A DNA stretch of 50,672 bases from a virus (lineage: Duplodnaviria > Caudoviricetes). Positions 7,740 through 16,639 of this stretch are shown piece by piece. The notes below the pieces were generated by a model. The model saw only the letters and a list, made by a program, of their open reading frames with translations. It was not told where the DNA came from and did no database searches. Both the position numbers and the translations under genes were made by a program. Location: positions 1 through 50,672 of IMG/VR virus record IMGVR_UViG_3300044516_000053; one strand, written 5' to 3'. Positions within the stretch are counted from its first letter, which is position 1, and each line of letters begins with the position of its first letter.

Positions 7740-7745
7740 AGAGAT

Positions 7746-7943
7746 ATGGACGACATCATTGATTATGCGAGGCCAACTCTTCTTGCCGAGAAGGCTCTCA
7801 AGGACATGCACAACGCAGTGATTGAGAAGAGGTATGCCAATGCCAAGGAGCATGCCTTGGAGGCTTTGACGCAGTTGAGGCTTGCGTATCAGGCTATTTG
7901 TGAGGAGCAGAAGAATGTACGAAAAGCATCAACTGGTGCTTGA
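7746..7943 (+). CDS. Hypothetical helical phage protein
   Basis: 65-aa ORF in operon orientation, overlapping the next gene. Confidence 0.65.
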   Translation: MDDIIDYARPTLLAEKALKDMHNAVIEKRYANAKEHALEALTQLRLAYQAICEEQKNVRKASTGA

Positions 7944-8145
7944 TTTCATCCGGGCGTACATCAAGCTCCATGGTGTGGCTCCCTCTTACACAGTCATAGC
8001 CAAGGGGATAGGACTGAGGTCTAAGGCCAATGTCCACCGGATTGTTCATAGACTCAAGGATGAGGGGCACTTGACCCTCCGGCCCCATAAGTTCAACTCT
8101 ATTGCTGTCAGGGATCAGTCTGTCCGGGCTGTGGGTCGCCTGTGA
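7915..8145 (+). CDS. LexA-type winged-HTH DNA-binding protein (no peptidase domain)
   Basis: QLVLDFIRAYIKLHGVAPSYTVIAKGIGLRSKANVHRIVHRLKDEGHL matches the LexA N-terminal domain pattern. SD GAGGAG; GTGA overlap with terL. Confidence 0.8.
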   Translation: MYEKHQLVLDFIRAYIKLHGVAPSYTVIAKGIGLRSKANVHRIVHRLKDEGHLTLRPHKFNSIAVRDQSVRAVGRL

Positions 8146-9653
8146 GTTTCCTTACAAAGAAAGAGGTATCGGACTATCAGTCCTTGATTCCTCTTGTGGA
8201 TGATGATGGCCGGGCAAAGATTCTCCAGCTTTTGGAGCTAGACAAGGTCCAGAGGTGTAAGGAGTCTTACATCTTCTTTGTCTCTCAGATGTGGCCGGTG
8301 TTTATCTCTGGGAAACACCATCAGATCATGGCAGATGCCTTTGAGAGGGTGGCTAAGGGGGAGTTGAAGAGGCTGATTATTAATATGCCTCCCCGGCACA
8401 CCAAGTCGGAGTTTGCTTCCTATCTGCTTCCTGCGTGGTTTTTGGGGAAGTTCCCCCACAAGAAGATCATTCAGACTGCTCACACCGCAGAACTGGCCGT
8501 CGGCTTCGGACGTAAGGTCCGTAACTTGGTGTCTTCGGACCCCTACCAGAAGGTCTTTGGCACAAAACTATCCTCTGACTCCAAAGCCGCAGGACGATGG
8601 AACACGGACGTAGGGGGGGATTACTTCGCTATCGGTGTTGGGGGAGCCGTGACGGGTAAGGGTGCTGACCTACTCATCATTGACGACCCTCATTCGGAAC
8701 AAGAAGCCAAGCAGGGCAACCCTGCGGTCTATGACAACGTGTATGAGTGGTACACATCCGGTCCCCGGCAGCGTTTACAGCCGGGCGGAGCAATCATTAT
8801 TGTGATGACCCGGTGGTCCAAGAGGGACCTGACCGGGCAAATCCTGAAAAACAGCGAAAAAGACGGCACAAATGAGTGGGAAGTCATCGAATTTCCCGCG
8901 ATTCTTCCCTCCGGGACCCCTCTATGGCCCGGATTCTGGAAAAAAGAAGAACTTGAGGCCCTAAAAGCAGAACTTCCCGTCGCTAAATGGGAGGCGCAGT
9001 ACCAACAGAACCCCACTTCGGAAGAAGGGGCCATCATCAAGCGGGAAAACTGGAGAATCTGGACAGAAGATGCTCCCCCGCAGTGCGAATACATCATCCA
9101 AAGCTGGGATACAGCCTTCGAGAAGTCAAACAGGGCCGACTACTCCGCCTGTACAACATGGGGAGTCTTTAAACAGGCCGATGACAAGGGGAACTACAAG
9201 ACCAACATCATCGTTCTGGATGCGTTTAAACGACGGATGGAGTTCCCAGAGCTAAAACAGAGGGCTTTTGAGATGTACAAGGAATGGTCCCCAGATTCCT
9301 TGATCGTGGAGAAGAAGGCCGCCGGGGCTCCGCTTGTCTATGAGCTACGGCAGATGGGCATCCCTCTTCAGGAATATACACCGGGCAAAGGAAGCGATAA
9401 GATCGCCCGTGTAAATGCTATCTCGGACCTCTTTGCGTCCGGGGTGGTGTGGTGCCCCGAGACAAGATGGGCTGATGAACTCATGGAAGAACTCGCAGCT
9501 TTCCCGAACGGCGATCACGACGACTTGGTGGACTCAACCAGCCAAGCTCTTCTGCGTTTCCGGCAGGGCGGGTTTGTGTCTATCAGTTCTGACGAGCCTG
9601 AAGAACCTAAGTACTTCAAGGGCCGCAGGGCTGATCGCTACTACACGGTGTAA
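8142..9653 (+). CDS. terL: Terminase large subunit
   Basis: NMPPRHTKSE (Walker A), LLIIDDP (Walker B), MTRW coupling motif, RNase-H domain QSWDTA...VEKKAAG...HDDLVDSTSQA. Confidence 0.95.
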   Translation: MSFLTKKEVSDYQSLIPLVDDDGRAKILQLLELDKVQRCKESYIFFVSQMWPVFISGKHHQIMADAFERVAKGELKRLIINMPPRHTKSEFASYLLPAWFLGKFPHKKIIQTAHTAELAVGFGRKVRNLVSSDPYQKVFGTKLSSDSKAAGRWNTDVGGDYFAIGVGGAVTGKGADLLIIDDPHSEQEAKQGNPAVYDNVYEWYTSGPRQRLQPGGAIIIVMTRWSKRDLTGQILKNSEKDGTNEWEVIEFPAILPSGTPLWPGFWKKEELEALKAELPVAKWEAQYQQNPTSEEGAIIKRENWRIWTEDAPPQCEYIIQSWDTAFEKSNRADYSACTTWGVFKQADDKGNYKTNIIVLDAFKRRMEFPELKQRAFEMYKEWSPDSLIVEKKAAGAPLVYELRQMGIPLQEYTPGKGSDKIARVNAISDLFASGVVWCPETRWADELMEELAAFPNGDHDDLVDSTSQALLRFRQGGFVSISSDEPEEPKYFKGRRADRYYTV

Positions 9654-9656
9654 ATC

Positions 9657-10391
9657 ATGGAACCAAGATACAAAGTTAAAGGCGCGTACTTTGTTCCCGG
9701 CACTCCGGAGTACGAGAAGTTCCTGAAAACCGTTGACCGCAACAACAAAGACAACTGGGTTGCGGGCGGCGGCGTTTACCTGCCAATCACAAAAGAAGTT
9801 TCTGCCAAGAACTACATCACGGCAAGACGCGCCAACCCAAATAACAACTTTGGCGCAAAAGATCGGATGGAGACGCAGGACTACGCCTACGACAGAGAAA
9901 CCATGGCAAATCTTCTTGCCGCCTACAAAAAGGCCGCAGAGCGCCATGGCGTGCAGATGATGCATCCGGATGAACTGACCAACCTCGCTCTTCTTGAGGG
10001 CCGGTCAAACTTCGGATACAACGACTACGATGTAAACAGCAAGCAAGCCAATAAAATTGCCAAAGACCTAGTGGCCCAAGGCATCGACCCCTACGCAGCA
10101 GGATTCCCGGCGGCAATTGTCTCCAAGCAGATAATGGCCAAGCGTTTAAATCTTCCATTCGCTCAGGTGTGGAACGGCGCAGGACCCAAGGCCCGGGCAT
10201 ACGCCAAGAATTTTGAAGATCAAAGGTACGCGGTGGAAGACCCCCGCAACCAGTCTCTCAGACAGTTCATCCGGCAGTCCATTGGTTACAAAGAGCCTGA
10301 AGTCCAAGTTGCCTCATCTGAGGAATTTAAACAGGGCGGCTCGGTGAGGATGCCTGACAATTACAGCCCCGGCGGCTGGAAGCTGATTTAA
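9657..10391 (+). CDS. Putative lysozyme/transglycosylase-fold protein with C-terminal FKQGG motif
   Basis: KAAERHGV..HPDELTNLALLEGRSNFG resembles the SLT catalytic-Glu helix; later AQVWNGAG. Confidence 0.5.
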   Translation: MEPRYKVKGAYFVPGTPEYEKFLKTVDRNNKDNWVAGGGVYLPITKEVSAKNYITARRANPNNNFGAKDRMETQDYAYDRETMANLLAAYKKAAERHGVQMMHPDELTNLALLEGRSNFGYNDYDVNSKQANKIAKDLVAQGIDPYAAGFPAAIVSKQIMAKRLNLPFAQVWNGAGPKARAYAKNFEDQRYAVEDPRNQSLRQFIRQSIGYKEPEVQVASSEEFKQGGSVRMPDNYSPGGWKLI

Positions 10392-10402
10392 AGGAAAACA
10401 AC

Positions 10403-12889
10403 ATGATTGATAAAGGTCTGTACCAAGCCCCGCAAGGGATTTCTGATTTGGCAGAGCCTCCTATCGAGATTGAGATTGAAAACCCCGACTCGGTATCTAT
10501 CGACATGGGGGATATTGAGATCGACCTAGTCCCCCAAGAAGAAACCGCAGAAGACTTCGATGCCAACCTCGCTGACTACATGGATGAAAGCGCGTTGGAT
10601 TCTCTGGCCTCGGAACTCATTGCAGACTTTGATAAAGACCAGCGAGACCGCAAGGAATGGGTCCAGACCTACGTTGATGGTTTAAAGCTCCTCGGCCTCA
10701 AGTACGAGGAGAGGACCGAGCCGTGGGACGGTGCCTGCGGTGTGTTCCACCCCATGCTCACTGAGTCCGTGGTCCGCTTCCAAGCCGAAGGGATCATGGA
10801 GACCTTCCCCGCGATGGGGCCGGTCAAGACGCAGATCATTGGCCGTGAGACGGTAGACAAGAAAGATGCCGCTTTGCGTGTGCAAAACGACATGAACTAC
10901 CAGCTAACCGACCGGATGACGGAGTACCGCCCGGAGCATGAGAAGCTGCTGTGGTCCCTGCCTATCACCGGCTCGGCCTTCAAAAAGGTCTACTACGACC
11001 CCTCTATTGGCCGCCAAGTTGCCATGTTCATCTCCGCAGAGGACATTGTTGTCCCCTACGGAGCCCCGGACTTGGAGCGCTCCGAGCGTGTTACCCACGT
11101 CATGCGCAAGACCGAGAATGATGTTCTGCGCCTTCAGGAAGCCGGTTTCTACCGGGATGTCGATCTAGGCGAGCCCACGGGCGAACTGGACGACATTGAG
11201 AAGCAAAAGGCCGAAGAGCAGGGCATGTCGGCCATCCAAGACGACCGCTTCCGCATCCTTGAGATGCATGTAGACCGAGACCTCCCCGGCCATGAGCACA
11301 CCAATAAGTATGGTGAAGAGACTGGCATCGCGCTGCCGTACGTCATCACCGTGGAAAAAGGCACATCGAAAATCCTTGCCATCCGCCGTAACTGGCACGA
11401 GGGTGACAAGCTCCACCTCAAGCGACAGCACTTCGTCCATTACCAGTACATTCCCGGGTTTGGTTTCTATGGCTATGGCCTCATCCACCTCATCGGCGGC
11501 TATGCCAAGAGCGCGACTATGCTTATCCGCCAGCTTGTTGACGCTGGCACTTTGTCTAACCTCCCCGGTGGCCTCAAATCGCGGGGTCTTCGGATCAAGG
11601 GAGATGACACCCCCATCGCACCGGGAGAGTTCCGCGACGTAGATGTGCCCTCCGGCTCCATCCGCGACAACATTCTTCCCCTGCCGTACAAGGAACCCAG
11701 TCAGGTTCTGTACGCCCTCTTCGAGAACATCGTCCAAGAAGGCCGTGCGTTTGCCTCCTCTGGCGATTTAAACGTCAGCGATATGTCGGCCAACGCCCCC
11801 GTGGGCACGACGCTGGCGCTGTTGGAGCGGACCCTGAAGGTCATGGGCGCGGTGCAGTCCCGTATGCACTACGCCATGAAGCAGGAATTTAAACTGCTCA
11901 AAAGCATCATTGCCGACTACACCCCGGAGGAGTACACCTACGAACCGGAAGAAGGCAGCCGCTTCGCCAAGAAGTCTGACTACGACCAAGTCGATGTCAT
12001 CCCGGTCAGCGACCCCAACGCAGCCACCATGGCGCAGAAGGTTGTCCAGTATCAGGCAGTCATGCAGCTTGCCCAGCAAGCCCCGCAACTCTACAACCTG
12101 CCTTTGCTGCACCGCCAGATGATTGATGTTCTGGGGGTCAAGAACGCCCAGAAGCTGGTCCCGATTGAAGACGACGCAGTCCCCACCGATCCTATTCAAG
12201 AGAACATGAATGCGATCACGGGCAAGCCCTTGAAGGCGTTCATTGAACAGAACCACAAGGCCCACATCCAAGTCCACATGATGGCGATGCAGGACCCGAA
12301 GATTGCTCAGATCATCGGCCAGAACCCCCAAGCGCAGGCCATTCAGGCAGCGATGATGGCTCACATCAACGAGCACGTTGCCTTTGAGTACCGCATGGAG
12401 ATGGAAAAGCGCATGGGCTTCACCCTCCCGGGCGAGGAAGAGAACAAGACCATTGACCCCCAGATAGCCGATCAGATTGCCCAGATGGCGGCGCAGGCGG
12501 CTCAGCAACTGTTTAAACAGAACAGTGACGAGGTCAAGCAACAGCAGTACCAACAGCAGATGCAGGACCCGGTGGTTCAGATGCAGATGCAGGAACTCAA
12601 GATCAAGGAAGCCGAGATTCAACTCAAGGCTCAGAAGCAACAGGTCGAGGCAGCCGCCAAGGCGGATCAAATTCGAATCGAAGAATCACGTATCGCGGCT
12701 CAGAAAGAGATCGCTGCTATGCAAGTCGCGGCAACCGCCGCTGCACAAAAGGACAAGCTTGCTCGCCAGCAGGAGAGCGAAGGAATGCGGATCGGCGCTG
12801 ACATTGCTAAACACCGTGCTCAGATGTCGTCCCAGCAAGCGCAACGGGTAGCGCGTCCATTTACCCCAACCAAAAAAGGAAATGAGTGA
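10403..12889 (+). CDS. Portal protein (P22-like, long Gln-rich C-terminal barrel)
   Basis: 828 aa after terL. GSAFKKVYYD, GFYGYGLIHLIG, APVGTTLAL motifs and a Q-rich coiled-coil tail. Confidence 0.9.
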   Translation: MIDKGLYQAPQGISDLAEPPIEIEIENPDSVSIDMGDIEIDLVPQEETAEDFDANLADYMDESALDSLASELIADFDKDQRDRKEWVQTYVDGLKLLGLKYEERTEPWDGACGVFHPMLTESVVRFQAEGIMETFPAMGPVKTQIIGRETVDKKDAALRVQNDMNYQLTDRMTEYRPEHEKLLWSLPITGSAFKKVYYDPSIGRQVAMFISAEDIVVPYGAPDLERSERVTHVMRKTENDVLRLQEAGFYRDVDLGEPTGELDDIEKQKAEEQGMSAIQDDRFRILEMHVDRDLPGHEHTNKYGEETGIALPYVITVEKGTSKILAIRRNWHEGDKLHLKRQHFVHYQYIPGFGFYGYGLIHLIGGYAKSATMLIRQLVDAGTLSNLPGGLKSRGLRIKGDDTPIAPGEFRDVDVPSGSIRDNILPLPYKEPSQVLYALFENIVQEGRAFASSGDLNVSDMSANAPVGTTLALLERTLKVMGAVQSRMHYAMKQEFKLLKSIIADYTPEEYTYEPEEGSRFAKKSDYDQVDVIPVSDPNAATMAQKVVQYQAVMQLAQQAPQLYNLPLLHRQMIDVLGVKNAQKLVPIEDDAVPTDPIQENMNAITGKPLKAFIEQNHKAHIQVHMMAMQDPKIAQIIGQNPQAQAIQAAMMAHINEHVAFEYRMEMEKRMGFTLPGEEENKTIDPQIADQIAQMAAQAAQQLFKQNSDEVKQQQYQQQMQDPVVQMQMQELKIKEAEIQLKAQKQQVEAAAKADQIRIEESRIAAQKEIAAMQVAATAAAQKDKLARQQESEGMRIGADIAKHRAQMSSQQAQRVARPFTPTKKGNE

Positions 12890-13083
12890 ATGAAGTGAAG
12901 GTATTGGCGCACGCCGCCAAAGTCATAGCTGATACACGCGCAGACCAAGAAGCCTTCGTGGCTGGCGGTCGCGCTGCTGATTACGCCGAGTACCGGCATG
13001 TCTGCGGGATCATCCGAGGTCTGAACACCGCAGAACAAATCATTAAAGACCTTGTGCAACGATTGGAAAAAGACGATGAGTGA
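12886..13083 (+). CDS. Conserved small head-region protein
   Basis: DYAEYRHVCGIIRGL motif. GTGA overlap with the portal gene. Confidence 0.7.
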   Translation: MNEVKVLAHAAKVIADTRADQEAFVAGGRAADYAEYRHVCGIIRGLNTAEQIIKDLVQRLEKDDE

Positions 13084-13483
13084 GTTTGACCTGAAGGCTA
13101 TCGACCTGTCACCTTTGCTGAACAAGCCTGCGGAAGAGAAGGCTAAGCAACTCCCCGACCCCAAAACCTTCCACCTTCTGTGCGTTGTGCCGGAAGCCAT
13201 GGAAGAGTATCAAGACAGTGAGGTTGGGATTCTCAAGGACTCCAAGACCATGCACTACGAGGAGGTCCTGACCCCCGTGCTGTTTGTGGTCAAGGTTGGC
13301 CCCGACGCCTATAAAGACGCTACCCGTTTTCCCAACGGCCCTAGCTGCAAGCAAGGTGACTTTGTCATCGTGCGCCCCAATTCAGGAACCCGCCTGAAGA
13401 TTCATGGCCGTGAATTCCGGATCATCAACGATGACTCGGTTGAAGCTGTCGTGGAAGACCCGCGTGGTATTGCGCGTGCATAA
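13076..13483 (+). CDS. groES: GroES/Cpn10-like co-chaperonin
   Basis: VVKVGPDAY...CKQGDFVIVRPNSGTRLKIHGREFRIINDDSVEAVV matches the Cpn10 fold pattern. Confidence 0.8.
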   Translation: MSEFDLKAIDLSPLLNKPAEEKAKQLPDPKTFHLLCVVPEAMEEYQDSEVGILKDSKTMHYEEVLTPVLFVVKVGPDAYKDATRFPNGPSCKQGDFVIVRPNSGTRLKIHGREFRIINDDSVEAVVEDPRGIARA

Positions 13484-13495
13484 GGAGTGATTTAA

Positions 13496-14446
13496 ATGGC
13501 AGAGTACGAAGAGTTTAAATTTCCAGACGAGCAGAAGGCAGACGCCAAGCCCGAGGTGGAAATTGAGATTGAAGACGATACCCCTGAACAGGATCGTGGC
13601 CGCAAGGCCGCACCACCGCCGGAAGACCCGACCGACGAAGAGCTAAACAGCTACGACGAGAAGGTCCAGCAGCGGATCAAGAAATTTACACGCGGCTACC
13701 ACGACGAGCGCAGGGCCAAGGAATCAGCCCTCCGTGAGCGTGAAGCCGCAGAGAACTTTGCCCGGCAAGTGCTTGAGGAGAACAAGCGCCTCAAGGGACA
13801 GCTTGAAGCCGGAAGTAAGGTACTTATCGAACAAACCAAGTTCTCCGCCAATGGAGAACTTGAAGCCGCAAAGAAGCGACTTAAAGACGCATTTGAGTCG
13901 GGAGATTCTGATGCCCTCGTAGAGGCGCAGGAGCAGGTAGCACGAGCTACCCTGCGGATAGATAAGACTGAGAACATGCGGCCTATCGTCTCGGAAGAGA
14001 CGGAGTTCAAACCCGCAGCCAAAGAGCTACCCCAGAAAACCAAGAGTTGGGTTCAATCCAACAAGGATTGGTTCGGGGTAGATGAAGAAATGACCATGGC
14101 TGCGATGGGTATTGACAAAAAGTTGCAGCGTCAGTATGGTGCTGACTATATTGGTACTGATGATTACTTTGAAGCAGTCGATCAGACCATGCGGAAAAGA
14201 TTTCCTGAGTACTTTGAATCTCAGAGCCATGAGGATGATGCTCCTCGCAAAAAAGCATCGGAACCGGCTGACGAGGAAGAACCTCCGCGCCGTGCCTCAA
14301 AATCCACTGTGGTGGCCCCGGCCTCTCGCAGTACCCCGCCTACTCGCGTGAAACTGAAGTCATCCGAAGCAGCGTTAGCCCGCCGCCTTGGGGTGCCTTT
14401 GGAAGTCTATGCTAAAGAGGTTGCTAAGCTTGGAAGGAGTCAGTAA
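13496..14446 (+). CDS. Capsid scaffolding protein
   Basis: Acidic, coiled-coil, C-terminal LKSSEAALARRLGVPLEVYAK helix-turn-helix. Lies between portal and MCP. Confidence 0.7.
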   Translation: MAEYEEFKFPDEQKADAKPEVEIEIEDDTPEQDRGRKAAPPPEDPTDEELNSYDEKVQQRIKKFTRGYHDERRAKESALREREAAENFARQVLEENKRLKGQLEAGSKVLIEQTKFSANGELEAAKKRLKDAFESGDSDALVEAQEQVARATLRIDKTENMRPIVSEETEFKPAAKELPQKTKSWVQSNKDWFGVDEEMTMAAMGIDKKLQRQYGADYIGTDDYFEAVDQTMRKRFPEYFESQSHEDDAPRKKASEPADEEEPPRRASKSTVVAPASRSTPPTRVKLKSSEAALARRLGVPLEVYAKEVAKLGRSQ

Positions 14447-14907
14447 TGGAACAGGTTCAACAAAATCGCCGTAGCCGTGAGGCAGATGTCCGTGATGTGG
14501 CCTTTAAACGGCCCGAAGCATGGCGTCCGCCGGAAATGCTGCCTAGCCCTGATGATCGGCCCGACTGGTCTCATCGCTGGGTTCGTATCTCCGCTATGGG
14601 TGCTCCCGACGCCACCAATATTTCTTCTAAGTTGCGCGAAGGATATGAGCCCTGCAAGGCAGAGGACTATCCCGAGCTAATGATGCACGCTTCCACCGAA
14701 GGTCGCTTTAAAGGCAACGTTGAGGTGGGTGGACTGTTGCTTTGCCGGATTCCTAAAGAGTTTATGGAGCAACGTGCTGATCACTATGCACGCCAGAACA
14801 AGGCTCAGATGGAGTCGGTAGACAACAACTTTCTTCGTGAAAATGATCCTCGGATGCCCCTTTTCTCGGAAAAGAAATCCAAGGTCAGTTTCGGTTCTGG
14901 TTCTTAA
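14446..14907 (+). CDS. Conserved head-associated protein
   Basis: WRPPEML, HRWVR, KLREGYEP, VGGLLLCRIP motifs. TAATG coupling. Confidence 0.7.
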   Translation: MEQVQQNRRSREADVRDVAFKRPEAWRPPEMLPSPDDRPDWSHRWVRISAMGAPDATNISSKLREGYEPCKAEDYPELMMHASTEGRFKGNVEVGGLLLCRIPKEFMEQRADHYARQNKAQMESVDNNFLRENDPRMPLFSEKKSKVSFGSGS

Positions 14908-14920
14908 TTTGGAGTTTTAA

Positions 14921-15547
14921 ATGGCTTCTACCGCTTCTCCCTACGGGCTAAAACCCGTAAACCAGTTGGGCGGCACCCCGTATGCAGGTGCAACCCGTAC
15001 TTACCTGATCGACCCGGCAGGTACCGCTTCGAACATTTACAACGGCTCGCCCGTGTACGTGAACGCATCCGGCTATCTGGCTGTGGCTACCGCCACCGGC
15101 GCTGACGCGACGACTAACGGCTTCCCCACCGGCACCGCTAACACCGGTATCGTGGGTGTGTTCGTTGGCTGCTCGTACTACAACGCCCAAGGCCAACTGA
15201 TCTTCTCCCAGTACTACCCCACCGGTGTGACTGGCGTGATCCAAGCCTCGGTTGTTGACGACCCCAACGTTGTGTTCCAAGTCCAGTCCGCTGGCTCTGT
15301 GACGCAAGCCGCTGTGGGCGCGAACCTGTTCTTCACCACTGGCGCTGTTGCTACTGGCAGCACCACCACGGGCAACTCCACGGCTTCTGTCGTGGCGGGC
15401 TCGTCGGCTGTGGCGACCACCGCAGCTTTCCGTGTTGTCGGGTTCCCCAACGTGCAAGGCTTCTCGGTTGTGGGCGATGCCTTCACCGACGTCTACGTGA
15501 AGATCAACCCCGGCTATCACACCTATACCAACGCTGTTGGTCTGTAA
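14921..15547 (+). CDS. Putative head decoration/minor capsid protein
   Basis: Ala/Gly/Thr-rich beta protein just before the MCP, with strongly biased codons. Confidence 0.6.
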   Translation: MASTASPYGLKPVNQLGGTPYAGATRTYLIDPAGTASNIYNGSPVYVNASGYLAVATATGADATTNGFPTGTANTGIVGVFVGCSYYNAQGQLIFSQYYPTGVTGVIQASVVDDPNVVFQVQSAGSVTQAAVGANLFFTTGAVATGSTTTGNSTASVVAGSSAVATTAAFRVVGFPNVQGFSVVGDAFTDVYVKINPGYHTYTNAVGL

Positions 15548-15560
15548 GGAGTAACATAAA

Positions 15561-16493
15561 ATGGCTATTTCACGCGCACAGCTACTTAAAGAACTCCTTC
15601 CCGGCCTCAATGCCTTGTTTGGCATGGAGTACGCTCGCTACGGTGAGCAGCACAAGGAAATCTACGAATCCGAGACCTCCGAGCGTTCCTTCGAAGAAGA
15701 AACCAAGCTCGCTGGCTTCGGTGCTGCACCTGTCAAGAACGAAGGCTCTGCCATCGCTTACGACAACGCGCAGGAAGCTTTCACTGCTCGCTACACCCAC
15801 GAAACCATTGCTCTGGGCTTCTCCATCACGGAAGAAGCTGTGGAAGACAACCTGTACGACAGTCTGTCTGCCCGCTACACCAAAGCTCTGGCTCGCGCTA
15901 TGGCGTTCACCAAGCAGGTCAAGGCTGCTTCCATCCTGAACAACGGCTTCAACGGCTCCTACCCCGGTGGTGACGGCGTGTCCTTGTTCGGTGTTAACTC
16001 CAGTTCTAGCCGCGTGGGTCACCCCACCGTCGGCGGCACTGTGAACTTCAACAGCCCGGCTACTGCGGTTGACCTGAACGAAACCTCGCTGGAAAACGCC
16101 ACGATTCAAATCGCAGCGTGGACCGACGAGCGTGGACTGCTGATCGCCGCCAAGCCTGTCAAGCTGGTGATTCCGCCGAGCCTGATGTTCGTTGCCAAGC
16201 GTCTGCTGGACACCGAACTGCGTGTTTCTACTGCTGACAACGACATCAACGCGTTGAAGCAGATGGGCACCATCTCTGGTGGCTACACCGTCAACAACTT
16301 CTTGACCGACACGAACGCTTGGTTCCTGACCACGGACGTTCCTAACGGCATGAAGCACTTCGTGCGTACCCCGCTGCAAAACAGCATGGACGGCGACTTT
16401 GATACGGGCAACGTCCGTTACAAGTCCCGCGAGCGTTACAGCTTCGGCTGGTCTGACCCGCTCGGCATGTGGGGTTCTTCCGGTTCGTCTTGA
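15561..16493 (+). CDS. Major capsid protein (HK97 fold, Mu gpT-like)
   Basis: MAISRAQLLKELLPGLNALFG...KSRERYSFGWSDP. Strong SD, highly biased codons, followed by a terminator. Confidence 0.9.
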   Translation: MAISRAQLLKELLPGLNALFGMEYARYGEQHKEIYESETSERSFEEETKLAGFGAAPVKNEGSAIAYDNAQEAFTARYTHETIALGFSITEEAVEDNLYDSLSARYTKALARAMAFTKQVKAASILNNGFNGSYPGGDGVSLFGVNSSSSRVGHPTVGGTVNFNSPATAVDLNETSLENATIQIAAWTDERGLLIAAKPVKLVIPPSLMFVAKRLLDTELRVSTADNDINALKQMGTISGGYTVNNFLTDTNAWFLTTDVPNGMKHFVRTPLQNSMDGDFDTGNVRYKSRERYSFGWSDPLGMWGSSGSS

Positions 16494-16507
16494 TCGACCG
16501 GTAAGCT

Positions 16508-16539
16508 AGGAAAAGGGGCCTTGTGCCCCTTTTTCTTTT
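16508..16539 (+). terminator. Intrinsic terminator after MCP
   Basis: AAAAGGGGC-CTTGT-GCCCCTTTT followed by TCTTTT. Confidence 0.85.
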
Positions 16540-16549
16540 GGGTTATATT
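16521..16549 (+). promoter_or_regulatory. Candidate sigma70 promoter embedded in the MCP terminator
   Basis: TTGTGC-N17-TATATT. Confidence 0.45.
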
Positions 16550-16555
16550 GCAGCC

Positions 16556-16639
16556 ACTCCCGGACTTTTCCGGTGTATCTGACGGCTCCGGGCCGACGTC
16601 ATGCAGACAGATACACCTTAACCGCATGAGGAAAAAATC
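16556..16639 (+). ncRNA. Candidate structured leader RNA (double pseudoknot)
   Basis: 10-bp stem 16572-81/16608-17. Inner hairpin CGGC/GCCG whose loop TCCGG is complementary to 16560-64. TCATGC 16599-604 is complementary to GCATGA 16624-29, next to the SD. Confidence 0.55.

Noticed and set aside
11768-16379. Long minus-strand ORFs 11768..12670, 14948..15625 and 15582..16379
   Set aside because: Mirror frames of portal, decoration and capsid genes caused by codon bias.
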